Shown in pieces: positions 37,411 through 50,410 of a stretch of DNA of 64,000 bases. Source of the DNA: Octopus bimaculoides (taxonomy: Eukaryota); the NCBI RefSeq assembly GCF_001194135.2, contig NC_068986.1:96522003-96586002 (forward strand). Direction: 5' to 3'. The notes under the pieces are model-generated. The model did not search any database. It saw only the letters and a list, made by a program, of their open reading frames with translations, and was not told where the DNA came from. How positions within the stretch are numbered: position 1 is the first letter of the stretch; each line of letters begins with the position of its first letter. The translations under genes were made by a program, and so were the position numbers.

Positions 37411-37919
37411 TACATACATACACATAAAATATTTATAGTCATTATTTAGTTTCATAGTGTGTGTCTGTACACACACTCACACATACACATGAAGTACATA
37501 TTTTACATATTGCATGATGAGACGTAATCAAATTTAGACATCACAGCATATACATATACACATACACACACATGCAGAGGCACATACATGCATACATACA
37601 TTTATATATATATATTTATATCATGTTTTTTTAAATTCTTTATTTTGTTTTAGCCATTACTGTTATGACTACACTGGACCACTGCCTTCATAGTTGAATA
37701 TTCTGTGCCTTTTGTGTTATTGTCTCTGCGTATGTGGGAACAGGGTGGGGTACAGTGCTTTTGCTAGATTTAGAATATATGTGACATCTCTAGTCGCTGA
37801 ATCAATAAATTGGGGAATGTCGATCTGCTTTGATTGTATCCTTTTGCAGATGGCTGAACTGGAATGCAAGAGAGAAATATATCTAGATATGTTTAATATA
37901 GCTCAAGGAGACAGCTTAA

Positions 37920-38273
37920 CCCTTTAACATTTAACCGGTAATATCCAGTCAAAATATTGGTTTCAAATTTTGATTTTAGTGGAGGGGGCAAGTCATTACA
38001 TTGAACTCAGTGCTCGACTGATATTTATTTTATCGGCCCTGAAAGGATGAAAGGTAAAGCATTTTGCCCGGTATACTAACAATTCTGCTAGCTCATCGCT
38101 AAAATATTCTTCACAGTTTTATGTTCAGGCTAGCCAGATCTGGCCTCACACAATCGTTCTACATATGAACAATCACATCATTGAAATCGCAAAGATGTGT
38201 GAAAATGCAGATTAAATCAAAACAATGTGAATAAATAAGTATTATATTTAACTGTAATCTGAACGCTAAAGAG
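37920..38273. mobile_element. piggyBac-like MITE (same family as 12990, reversed) containing an S4 SINE fragment
   Basis: TTAA|CCCTTTAAC...GCTAAAGAG|TTAA; S4 fragment at about 37960-38100. Confidence 0.8.
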
Positions 38274-38574
38274 TTAATCACATTTTCTAATGCTTTTTGG
38301 GAGATATTTAAACAACTGAAGACCTTCAAATGCTTAACTTTTGCAGTATAAATCCCTTATGGGAGTGTTTGAGAAAAAGAGTCTTGGGATCTGACACCAG
38401 CTCCCATTCTTCTTTTTATTCTACCCATTTTTTTTTGTCCTGTATTCCAAAGTTAAAAATAAGATTATCAAAAATCTTTCACACATATATTATGATACTC
38501 TACAGAAAAGTATTGAGTAATCTTTCAATTTAATGTTTACCTGTTTTTATGTATAAGTATGTATAATCATCATC

Positions 38575-39127
38575 ATCATCATCATTTAACATCTGCTTTC
38601 CATGCTGGCATGGGTTTGTCATTTTGACAAGAACTGGTAAGCTGGAGAGCTGTACCTGGTGCCAGTTTGATTTTGGCTTGGTTTCTACAGCTGCATGCCT
38701 TTCCTAATGCCAATCACTCCAAGAGTGTAGTGGGTGCCTTTCACATATCACTGACACTGGCCACAACTACTATTTCACTTGATGAGTCTTCTCAAGCACA
38801 GCAAATCTCCAAAGGTCTCAATCACTTGTCATCACATCTGTGAGATCCAACTTTCAAAGATCGTGCTTCACCACCTTGTCCTATGTCTTTCTGGGTCTAC
38901 CTCTTCCACAAGTTCCCTCCACAGTTAGAGGTTGGGACTTCTTTACCCAGCTGTCCTTGTCCACATGCATCACATGACCATTCTAGTGCATTCATCTCTC
39001 TTGCACACCACATCTGTTGCTTCTTAAGCCCACTTTTTCTCTCAAGATCCTTACACTCTGCCTTACATGCACACTGTCATTGCACATCCAGTGAAGCATA
39101 TTAGCTTAATTTCTTTCAATATTGGCT
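38575..39127 (-). mobile_element. Older RTE LINE 3' end (ORF C-terminus and UTR)
   Basis: MLHWMCN..RILREKVGLRS.RCGVQER*..GRGRPRKT*DKVVKHDL with several stops; homologous to 8127-8426. Confidence 0.9.
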
Positions 39128-39144
39128 TCATAGGCACATGTGTA

Positions 39145-39192
<48 letters not shown>

Positions 39193-39521
39193 NNNNNNNN
39201 NNNNNNNNNNNNNNNNNNNNNNNNNNNNNNNNNNNNNNNNNNNNNNNNNNNNNNNNNNNNNNNNNNNNNNNNNNNNNNNNNNNNNNNNNNNNNNNNNNNN
39301 NNNNNNNNNNNNNNNNNNNNNNNNNNNNNNNNNNNNNNNNNNNNNNNNNNNNNNNNNNNNNNNNNNNNNNNNNNNNNNNNNNNNNNNNNNNNNNNNNNNN
39401 NNNNNNNNNNNNNNNNNNNNNNNNNNNNNNNNNNNNNNNNNNNNNNNNNNNNNNNNNNNNNNNNNNNNNNNNNNNNNNNNNNNNNNNNNNNNTATATATA
39501 TATATGCGTATATGTATATTT

Positions 39522-39930
39522 TTTCTTTTACTTGTTTCAGTCATTTGACTGCAGCCATGCTGGGGAACCACCTTGAAAGGTTTTTAGTTGAACAAATTGA
39601 CCCCAGGACTTACATTTTTTAAAGCCTGGTACTTATTCTATCAGTCTCTCTTGCCAAACTGATAAGTTACAGGGACGTAAACACACCAGCACCAGTTGAC
39701 AAGCAAGAGTGGGGGGAAAACATGGACACAAAGACACACAGCCATAGATATATATATACATACAGACAGACAGCCAGACAGACAGACATACATATATATG
39801 ACAGACTTTTTTGTTTTCTGTCTACCAAATCCACTCAAAAGGCATTGGTTGGCCCAAGGCCATAGTAGAAGACATTTGCCCAAGGAGCCGCACAGTGGGA
39901 CTGAACCTGGAACCATGTAGTTGGGAAGCA
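39522..39930 (-). mobile_element. Full-length S1 SINE with internal microsatellite
   Basis: Head at 39820-39930, internal (TA/CAGA)n, 3' half at 39522-39735. Confidence 0.88.
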
Positions 39931-41565
39931 GTGCGTACAAATGGGAGAAAGTGTATCCAAAACTTATAGTAGTGTTTATATCTGTTTCTGTAGTTTGTCT
40001 GTGAAGTCTAGATTTGTTTTTCGCCCCAAAACATTTCATAAACGCAGAAAAAAATATATAGTGTTAGACAAAAAAAAAAAAAAAAAATTNNNNNNNNNNA
40101 TGGATGAAACCATGTATTTTTCTAATAAGGATTTTAGAAGAATATTTGGCTCTTCTCTTGAAATAAAATCCCCTTCCCTCATCCTTCATGTATAGAATTA
40201 AACAAAAATTACAAACAAAAAAGATCTGAAAAATATTCAATGAGTTCATACTTCCTTGTTTCATTTCTCTACTTTTCCTCTCTTTCTCTTTCATTTCTTT
40301 TAATCTTTGTTATAAAAAAAATATATTTTTCTTCTTGTTTTCCTGTGTTCCATTGAAGAAATATTTGCCATTCTTTCTCTCTTTATCATATTATTTTTAT
40401 GGCTTTTCTCTTCTTTTCTTTTATTTCTTCTTGTTTTCTTCATTTCTTAAGATATTTTTAGATGAAAAATAATGTAAGATTTATTTTACAAAATTTGAAG
40501 AAAGAAAAAACAGGAAGAGAAAAGATAAAATTGAATAAATTGAAAAAATTGAATGTAATGCCACTTTCTTCATTTCTCTTTCTCTGTCGAAAGAAAAAAA
40601 ATAACGACCCTGTTAATGATTTTTCTGAAATATTCTCGTTCCCTTTTTAAATTTCCTCTTAGGTGCGTAGGTGTGGGGTCTGTTTTTAGGGGCTTTTATT
40701 GTCTTAAAACATTTTTCTATCCTTCTTTCATGTTTCTGATGCCCCCGCCACCATTTCTGTCATTCCACTTATTGATTCCTTCATTATGGTTTAAGGAGCA
40801 AGAGTGCAAATTTATAAGAGGAGGGATTTAAATAGTGTGTGACATTCATGCTGTTCTCAATTGAAGTTATATTGGTTTAAAGTGATTTCTTTTTCTTTTC
40901 TTTTTTATTGTTTTGTCTGTAGCTGAGATATTTTGCAAGATCCTATGTATTCCTAAATATTGTAACTTGTATAATAATTACACTGTACTCAACACTGTTA
41001 ATCTAATATTTCGCCTTTAACACTTGGCTTTGATCCATTCTCTTATCATATCCAGTGTTTCTATTCCTAGACATACACACCACATACCACACAGACACAA
41101 TCTCTGTCTGTCTGTCTCTCTCTCTCTCTCTTACACACACAACCTCTAACAAGCTTTAGATTTTAGATATAGCATACCTTTCCATCTACCTAGTCTTATC
41201 TATCTTATCTACCTATCTATAGCTTATCTATCTATCTATAGTATAAATACATATATATATATNNNNNNNNNNNNNNNNNNNNNNNNNNNNNNNNNNNNNN
41301 NNNNNNNNNNNNNNNNNNNNNNNNNNNNNNNNNNNNNNNNNNNNNNNNNNNNNNNNNNNNNNNNNNNNNNNNNNNNNNNNNNNNNNNNNNNNNNNNNNNN
41401 NNNNNNNNNNNNNNNNNNNNNNNNNNNNNNNNNNNNNNNNNNNNNNNNNNNNNNNNNNNNNNNNNNNNNNNNNNNNNNNNNNNNNNNNNNNNNNNNNNNN
41501 NNNNNNNNNNNNNNNNNNNNNNNNNNNNNNNNNNNNNNNNNNNNNNNNNNNNNNNNNNNNNNNNN

Positions 41566-42273
41566 GAGCACTGCCTTAAAGGGTGTTCGTTGAAGAAATC
41601 CTTAATCCTAACCTTAACCCTAACCTAGGACTTATTCTTTGTAAGCCTAGTACTTATTCTATCAGTCTCTTTTGCCAAACTGCTAAGTTACGGGGACTTA
41701 AACATACCAGCATCAGTTGTCAAGCAATGGCAGTGGGACAAACACAAACACACTCACACAAACATCATCATCATCATCATCATCGTTTAACGTCCGCTTT
41801 CCATGCTAGCATGGGTTGGACGATTTGACTGAGGACTGGTGAAACCGGATGGCAACACCAGGCTCCAATCTAATTTGGTAGAGTTTCTACAACTGGATGC
41901 TCTTCCTAACGCCAACCACTCAGAGAGTGTAGTGGGTGCTTTTACGTGTCACCTGCACGAAGGCCAGTCAGGCGGTACTGGCAACGGCCACGCTCAAAAT
42001 GGTGTCTTTTATGTGCCACCCGCACAAGAGCTAGTCCAGGGGCACTGGCAACGATCTCGCTCGAAAATATACATATACATAAATATGCATATATATATAT
42101 ATGCAATGGGCTTCCAGTTTCCAGTTTCCATCTACCAAATCTATTCGCAAGGCTTTGGTCAGCCCGAGGCTATAGTAGAAGACACTTGCCCAAGGTGCCT
42201 CACAGTGGGACTGAACCCAGAATCATGTGGTTGGGAAGCAAGCTTTTTACCACACAGCTACACCTGTGCCTAT
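41566..42273 (-). mobile_element. S1 SINE hosting a nested RTE tail
   Basis: 3' half at 41566-41762 and head at 42110-42273. Confidence 0.85.
41763..42068 (-). mobile_element. Young 5'-truncated RTE 3' UTR insertion
   Basis: (cat)n-cgtttaacgtccgctttccatgctagc..., nearly identical to 7564-7790. Confidence 0.92.
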
Positions 42274-42302
42274 ACCTTCTTTCCACACAGCAACACCTGC
42301 AC

Positions 42303-42347
<45 letters not shown>

Positions 42348-42625
42348 AAATGTAGGGATAAGCAAGTTAGACAGATCAATATATAAAGTTTTACTACATT
42401 AATACATGAAATACAAAAAATGTATACATGCTTACATACAAAATGTCTGACTTACACAGAATTCCAAGATATAGAGGATTAAAAGGGTTGATGAAAAATA
42501 TTACAAATCCAACAGCTGTTTCTGGGGGCTTGGGAGTCCAAAATAATGTTTGTAGATTGATTCCATCATAGGATGAGATGATCCTCTGTCTTATATATCT
42601 ATAATTTGGATTTATCCATAACTCC

Positions 42626-43437
42626 AGCTGCTGTGATCAACTTTCCGAGTTTCTTGAAGACATCACCCAGATGGCAGCTCATGGGTGGATGTTGTTTACC
42701 TTGACTTTTTGCTAAAGCTTTTAATTCTGTGCTACACAAAAGACTTATGGCAAAACTCTCTGCAATGGGTGTGAAAGATGATCTTTTTATCTAGTTGGAG
42801 TCCTTCGTTCTCAGCCGAAAAGAGTTAGTCACGCTTCTAGGACAGCATTCTTCACCTGATGAGATGTCATCTGGTGTACTGCAGGAATTTGTTCTTGGTC
42901 CCCTTTTGTTTGTTGCATACATTAATGTCATAGATGCCAACTTAAAGAATGTCACAGTGCTGAAATATGCAGATGATATCAAGCTGTACCTTGAGATAAA
43001 AAGGACAGATCCTGAACACTATAGATCTTTCCTACAATCAGACCTGGACACAATGCCACAATGGATCACAGACTGGCAACTCAGGCTGGCTGTGGACAAG
43101 TGTATCACCATACATTTTGGGAGGAAAAACCCAGCGTTCACATGCTCTCTCCACAACAATAATATCAAGAAGTCTCCTTGTGAACATGACCTGGGCATTA
43201 CTGTCAGCAGCAACATGCACTGGACAAAGCACATCTCTAAAATTGTCAAGAAGGCCAAGGGTGTCTCAGCATTACTCAGCAAGGCCTTTGTCAGCTGTTC
43301 TCCAGCTATCTATATATTGCTATGGTGTGGCCACACTTGGAATTTGCATCACCAGCCTGGAACCCCTATCTTGCTCAGGACATTGACCTCCTAGAAACTG
43401 TTCAGAGACGTGCAACCAAGTGACTACCCTCCATCAG
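42626..43437 (+). mobile_element. CR1-like LINE reverse transcriptase fragment, frameshifted
   Basis: VDVVYLDF/AKAFNSV.HKRL...SGV.Q..VLGPLLF.AYIN...KYADDIKLY...WQLRLAVDKC...DLGI...PHLEFASPAWNPYL.QDIDLLE.VQRRATK. Confidence 0.93.
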
Positions 43438-43445
43438 TGAATACC

Positions 43446-43710
43446 CTCCGAGAGTGTAGTGGGTGCTTTTACGTGCCACTGGCATGAAGGCCAGTCAGGC
43501 GGTACTGGCAATGGCCACGCTCGAAATGGTGTATTTTACGTGCCACCTGCACAGGAGCCAGTCCAGCGGCACTGGTGACGATCTCGCTCAAATGTTTTTT
43601 CACGTGCCACTGGCAATGATCACACTCGGACAGTGCTCTTAGTGCTCCACTGGTACAGGTGCCAACATGATTTCGATTTCACTTGCCTCAACAGGTCTTC
43701 GCAAGCAGAG
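43446..43710 (-). mobile_element. RTE 3' UTR internal segment lacking the tail
   Basis: ctccgagagtgtagtgggtgcttttacgtgccac... with repeated acgtgccac subunits. Confidence 0.88.
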
Positions 43711-43724
43711 TTTATATAAAAATC

Positions 43725-43840
43725 TGATAAAATATTTTGAGCATTGTAGAGGTGTAACCAATTTATTGCACATTAATTTTAAGAACAAAATTTTATATAG
43801 ACCTCCAAGGGTCATATGGACCCTGATTTGAGAACTACTG
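43725..43840. mobile_element. hAT-like MITE, one end
   Basis: ccaatttattgcac..ttgagaactactg; homologous to 27400-27495. Confidence 0.65.
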
Positions 43841-44740
43841 CTCTATTTATTACTTCGGTCTCATCTGTCTTCAATGTTGGCAGGAAGTGTGTGTGTGAAA
43901 TGTGATAGTGAAGCAATCATGCCTCCTCTTTAGTAACATTTATCACCATGAAATCATATGAAACGGCTGAAGAGATCAAGAGTTAAAGTTCTTTCACTTC
44001 GTTCCTTTCATTCGTTAGTTCTTTTGTCATTTGTTTCTTTTATTTCCCTTTACTTTTTTTATTTTTGTTCTTTCTTACATTTTCTTCTTCCACCTTCCCT
44101 TCTCTCCATGTTTGCCTTTCATTCACTTATTTCCTTCTAATTTTTCTTTCCTATTTCTCTTTTATTTTCCTATTCACTTTTCTTCCTTGATTTTTTCCTT
44201 TATTTCTTCTTTCTCTTTTTCCTTTTCTCTTCCTTTCATTACTTTCATTTTTCCCAAAATTCTTGTCTTTCTCCTTTTTTGGCAACTTTGTCTTTAACCT
44301 CTTTCTTTCTGTCTTCCTTCAACTTCTTTATTTATTCAATTTTTATTTCCTTTCTTTCTTTACTTCTTTATTTCTTCCTTTCTTCTTCCTTTGCCTTTCT
44401 TTGCATTGTGCCCCCAACCTTCCTTTTTACTTTCGGTTTTTAGTCTTCACAGTTCACCTATTCATTCATTATTCATATAAACTTTCTCTCCTCCATGTCC
44501 CCACCATCTGTCACCATCTTTATACCTTTAATCCCTTTTTTTTTTCTAAAGATTCTCTCTTACCTCTTTTCATTACTGCACATTTGTGCATACACACACA
44601 CACTATGCCAGACATTACATGCAGCACTACAAATCATGCACATGTAACAAACATGCACACACATCACACACAAAAACATGCACACATCACAAATATACAC
44701 ATACATCACAAACATGCACATATACACACACTATACAACA

Positions 44741-44772
<32 letters not shown>

Positions 44773-45014
44773 TACACCCTAAGTATCACACAAGCATGCA
44801 TACACCTATACACCTATACACACATACACATCCAAAATAAACCAGCCCTACATCACCTCCACAGCCCCTAAACCTGTTCCCAGTTTCCACCCTCTTTCAT
44901 TTGCTTCGTACTTCAAGTCTTCCTCATTCACTTTCAACCTTTCACCATTTTTTTTTTGTCACCCATGATTTATATTCATTTTATCTCCATCCTACTGTGC
45001 ATGTGTTATGTTTA

Positions 45015-45085
<71 letters not shown>

Positions 45086-45763
45086 GTTTGTGCGTGTGTG
45101 TGTGTGTGTGTGTGTTCATTAATGTTGATGATAGTGCTAGTATTGATGATGGGTATTATTGCTGCTAGTGCAGGTAAGCAATGTGTGTTTACAGAAGAGT
45201 ATGACATATACATCAGCAACTCTTAAAATCAGTGGGGGATCCCCTAGCTGAATATTAGGCACATTGGCAATTTACTGTTGCTACAGAGGGTAGTTAAGTA
45301 GAATGATGCAGGGTGCCATAGGATGCCACAAGTACAAATAAACCAAGATTGAACCAAACCAACAAGAAAGCTCTGTATGTAGTGCAATCACTTATCCTGC
45401 TAGAAATTGTTGCCAAAACACACACACACACACACACGATTGTTTGGGGGAACAGTGAATCTTGAATCACATAATGATATAAATAATAGCATTTAAATAT
45501 TGGGTTGAGAAACCCTTTGGGAGAGAAAAAGTTGAAGATGTGGATTCATGTCCCATGAACACCCTTCGACTTTTTCTATCCAAATAGGTTTTCCAACCCA
45601 ATATTCACATGCCATTATGTGTGTGTGTGTGTATATATATAAATATTGATAAACCTACAAGACTAGGTGAAAGCGCTAATTTATAGAACATGTGACATAT
45701 GAATAAAAATCTGTAAATATCCAACCATCCAGACATCTGAGTACCTGACTATTATTTTTTCTA

Positions 45764-45805
<42 letters not shown>

Positions 45806-46029
45806 CCAGATCTACCCTGATTACTCCAACATACCCATATAATGTAAGGTAGCCATATTTCTTCACTATAGCTAGAAATCTGTTACTGTTCCTTCTTTCA
45901 TACTCAACTCCTCAATACCTACCATAAAATTGCTTCCCTCTCTTCTCTGCTCCCACTCATTTGAAGGGGCTCTTTGGTCTTGACTTACATGCCAACCTTT
46001 TTAGGGCCACACACACACACCACACAAAA

Positions 46030-46205
46030 AGAAAAGCATCCAGTACACTTGTATAGTGGTTGGCATTAGAAAGGGCATCTAACCATAGGCACCATGCCAA
46101 AGCAGACACTGAAATTCAGGGCAGTCCTTCCAGTTTGTTAGATCTTGTTGGGCCATCCAACATATACCAGCATGGAAGATGGACATCAATTGGTGATGAT
46201 GATTG
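46030..46205 (+). mobile_element. Old RTE 3' UTR tail
   Basis: aaaagcatccagtacac..ggttggcattagaaagggcatc..cagcatggaagatggacatc..gatgatgat. Confidence 0.75.
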
Positions 46206-46263
46206 TATATAATATGTGTGTATGTTTCCATATGTGTATGTATATGTAAAAAATTTTAAAAAT

Positions 46264-46583
46264 TGGCACCCTGTCGGTTATGACTATGAGAGTGCCAGTT
46301 AATATGATCAGTGGAACAGCCTACCTGTGAAATTAATGTGCAAGTGGCTTGAGCACTTCACAGACACGTGTACCTTTAATGTAGTTCTCAGGGAGATTCA
46401 GTGTGACACAGAATGTGATGAGGCTGGCCCTTTGAATCACAGATTCAACTCATTCTTGCCATGGACTAGACTGGAGCAATGTGAAATAAAGTGTCTTGCG
46501 CAAGGACACAACATGCCACCAGGAATCAAACACATGACCTTACAACTGTGAGCTGAATATTCTACCCACTAAGTCATGCACCA

Positions 46584-46585
<2 letters not shown>
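46264..46585 (-). mobile_element. SINE with an S3 head and CORE-like block joined to the S2 tail
   Basis: 46264-46435 is homologous to 6780-6950; 46470-46580 is homologous to 16880-16995. Confidence 0.8.
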
Positions 46586-46629
<44 letters not shown>

Positions 46630-47021
46630 ATTCAACTATGAAGTTATATAACTGACTCAAAGGCTGATATCTTTGTGCATTGCATTAATTAACTTTAAAT
46701 AAGTGTTAAGTTTGATTAAATCAAACTGTGGATGATGTTGTTTTTTTTTTCTACTAAACTGGCATAAAGAAAATAATACATGTTTGTGTATGTCTTGGTA
46801 ACTTTCTGTTTGACAGTGGTTGTTTCTGCTGTCATGAATAGATTTTTATCATATATATTTATATATGTGAGGTGGGATGCATCTGTGTGTGTAACATTCA
46901 TCCCATGCACAACTCAGCACAAACCAGAACTGAAGACTGTTTAAATATTAGAAAGCCTCACTGTAACCCACAGTAAGGCTCTGTAATATATATGTGTCTG
47001 TCTGTCTGTCTTCATGCGCAT

Positions 47022-47061
<40 letters not shown>

Positions 47062-47924
47062 TAGTTAAATAAGATTTAGATAAAACCCTTGTAGAATGTT
47101 ATGCAAAGCTTGTTCACAGTTATTGGCTACCTGGTGTTATCTTACAGTGGAAATGCTCCTGCTACTGGATATACATCAGGAATTTCATAGTATCAGTAGA
47201 TAAATAATAGAAAATGGAATGAATGACATTCTTTATTTAGAATCACTACAATTGTTTCAACACATTTTTATACGCGTAGTACATTGGTGAGATGTTGTGT
47301 AATCATAATCATCCATCTAAGATGTAAAATGCACCTCCTCAGATGATTGTTTAAATATGTCCTTCATTAGATCTTACCATCATGTCATTCAGTGTCAGAA
47401 TATACATATATATGTTCTAAATTGTACCTTTACGGATCTGTAAATATACAGCCTTGAATAAAAATTCTTCTATGGTAATTAACTATTTTGGGTGCTATTT
47501 TGTTTAATTGTATATACAATGTTTAACAGTTTGTGTATGTGTGTGTGTGTGTGTGTGTGGTTGGATGGGGTGGGGAACTTATATAAACTAGGAGAAACCC
47601 TGCCTACAGGGCAGTTTTTTCCTTAGTTTATGTAATACACACGCACACATATCTTTTTGCATTTATGTAAGACTATATTGCCTATGTGTCCTGTCCTTTC
47701 ATAATTTAAAAAGGTAGAGTGTGGCTGCTCTTTGTTGAAGATTGAACAATCACACAGAGCTTGTCTCTCATTAATGTAAAGTAAAGTTGGTTTTTGCTAT
47801 TGTCAAAACCCCAGCCCTTATCAAACTGATATCTGATGGAACGTGTTCAGTTCATATCCTCTCTTTCTTATATATCAGAGTGTGACGGCCTCTTCCGTCA
47901 AAGATGACATATCAACATTCCGCT

Positions 47925-48160
47925 ATTGCAGAATAATCTGCACCAATGATTTGTTTATAGTGATCAAATGTTCGTGCCACTCATTAGCTCACTCTCCCCA
48001 CCAAATCAATGTTGTATAAACATGTGCACTGTGTAGCATGTGTTGGGTGTTGAAGTGACCACAGAGCAACGTGAGAGGAAGTGTTTTGTTCAAGAAAACA
48101 ACGCATCACCTGATCCAGGAATTGAAATCACGATCTCGTGATCATGAGTTCAACACCCAG
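47925..48160 (-). mobile_element. S3-type SINE, old
   Basis: gagcaacgtgagaggaagtgttttgttcaagaaaacaacgc..caggaattgaaatcacgatctcgtgatcatgagttcaacac. Confidence 0.6.
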
Positions 48161-50009
48161 TAAGGTGTGATATGAGGGATGTTTGGCTACTATTTCAAAT
48201 GGGTTGAGTAGTTTTGTAGAACCTCTCTTGCAGAACACTGAGACCAGCCAACATACATGGAGCATATTTTTTGGCAGCTTTTATTATCAGGCAAACCAAC
48301 TGATACTCTTATATTCTCGATTGCCTACAAACAAATCTCCCCCTCCCCTCTCTCTCTCACTCTCCCTCCCTATCTCTCTCTCTTCCTTTTCTCTCTGTCT
48401 CCTCCTGTATTTCATTCCTAATTGCTGTAACAAGTGGTGTGAGATCTAAGTTATTTAAGGACAGTGTGTTAGGTGGTGACATGAAGGGCTGGTAGTATTT
48501 CTACAGCGTATATAGATATACTTACATAAGCTCTTTCATAATAATGATATAATGTACAAAATGTTTGTATGTCTATATAATTTAGTATACTGTGTTTTTG
48601 TGTATTTGTGTGTGTGTGTGTGTGTGTACACAATGAACTGAATCTCTAATTTCTCTGATCTTCTCAGATACACATCCTCCAAATTATCTTCTCCTTCACT
48701 TCCCACCCATAATCCCAGTTACACAAAATCTCTCTTCTCTTTTCCTTCTTTGCCTCGTACCTCTATTTTATGTGAATTGTGTTACATCAGCTGCCACTGG
48801 TCCACTGGTGTTTGACTGCGTTGGTTCCTCCTGGGCTTTCAAAGGGGACCATTACCTTAAGTCTCACTCTTACTTTCTTACCCTCCTTCCCTCCCCTCCT
48901 TCTCAACCTCGTCCTCGCCCCCTCATTCTCCCCCTCCTCCTCCTCCACCTCTAATGATATTATTCATGGTGTTAACAGAAGTACAATTAAATGTAGTGTT
49001 AGTATGGCCTGTACCATAAGGTCTCTTTTATTCTATTTCCTCTTTCCTCGTTCTGCTTATTAATCCACTAAAGGGGACAACAAGAAGCTATTGTAAGGGA
49101 CATACCCTGGATTTCTGAATTCCTTTATTTCCGACAAATTTCTGCCTTTGACTGAAGATGTTCTTTTCTTTGAAAGCTTAGAAAAGTCTTTATGTGTATG
49201 TGTATGTGTGTGTACATGTGTGTGTGTATGTATGTGTGTGCATTTGGTGGAACTAATGGCAGTATTCATTCTGATTAAAAAGCATTTCTATTTAAATCAC
49301 TTCTAAAATTTATACTCTACACAGTAAAACTGCTTTCTTCCAACTCACAGAACTTTTCACACAGTATGTAACTTTAAAGGATATCTTGATTACTGTCTGC
49401 TAACTACTTTATAGAGTGTACAGGATGCTGGTTGGTTCACTCGACAATGCTACACACACCCCTCATGTAACAATCTAGCAAATGAGCCTCTTTAAGGACT
49501 TTCAACCTGATTTCAAGCAGGGTATAACAAAAGTTTTCCATTTAGATTTCTGAGTAAATTAATGAGTAAAGTTAATATTTATAATAAGTTTGCCATTTAC
49601 GATGGGTGTGCAGTGCTCACCAAGCACACCCAGAATAAGTGCTCCTGATTAAGATTGGTTTATATATCTGGCTTGTTGGGTTCTGGAAATGACTGATGAG
49701 GGCTTTGGGACCAGGAATTGTCTTCCACATGTAGATCATGTATGGGAAAGTGTAGTATTTCAGACACTAGTAGTTCTACTTTTATAGAGTGGATGATTCT
49801 TCTCAGCAACAGTTCTTTCATTTCAGTGATTTGCATACTTGTGTGAATCAATTTCCACCATTTGGGCCAGTTTGCAGGCATCAACCACAATGTTGAGTTT
49901 TCTTAAAGATGTTTCTGGCTAGTTTTGAACTGCTTTCTTTGATACTCACCATCTTCTGTAACTTTTTAGTATAGTTTATCGTAGTAGAGCTGTTCTGTAA
50001 TGCAGTTGT

Positions 50010-50410
50010 CCAACATCCCAAGAGAAGACTTTATGATCAAAAATGTTTCGGCCATGACCATGTTGTCTTTTATTCAGATGCAGCATATCTTGGGCTATAT
50101 TTTTTAAGATGGTATGGTATGGTTGGTTTTGAGGGAGATTTGACTACCATTTCTGACTGGTTGATAGATCACATAGAAATTTTCTGTTGGTAGTTATAAT
50201 TGCTTCTTTTTATTTAGTCCTCAGATAGCTTTGGTCAAGCAGATCTCTGTGATCAATAACATTCCAGCTATGACTATCCTTGACATTTTTCAGACATAAT
50301 GGATAGAAAACTATTATATACTTCTTTTCCAAAACGCTAGTAGTTGACTTAATGGAGATTTTGCTGTTATTTCTAGCAGACTGAATGACTACTTAAAAGT
50401 TCCATCATTG
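50010..50410 (-). mobile_element. Two tandem family H copies
   Basis: tttatgatcaaaaatgtttcggccatgacc..gagggagatttg; caagcagatctctgtgatc..gctgttatttctagcag. Confidence 0.7.

Noticed and set aside
37850-37919. Acceptor plus MAELECKREIYLDMFN as an exon
   Set aside because: There is no donor, and the frame ends inside the adjacent MITE terminus.
49660-49994. 76-aa minus ORF and a 45-nt segment with a perfect G|GTGAGT donor at 49950
   Set aside because: The acceptor lacks a pyrimidine tract and the peptide is not recognisable; it may be decayed LINE sequence.
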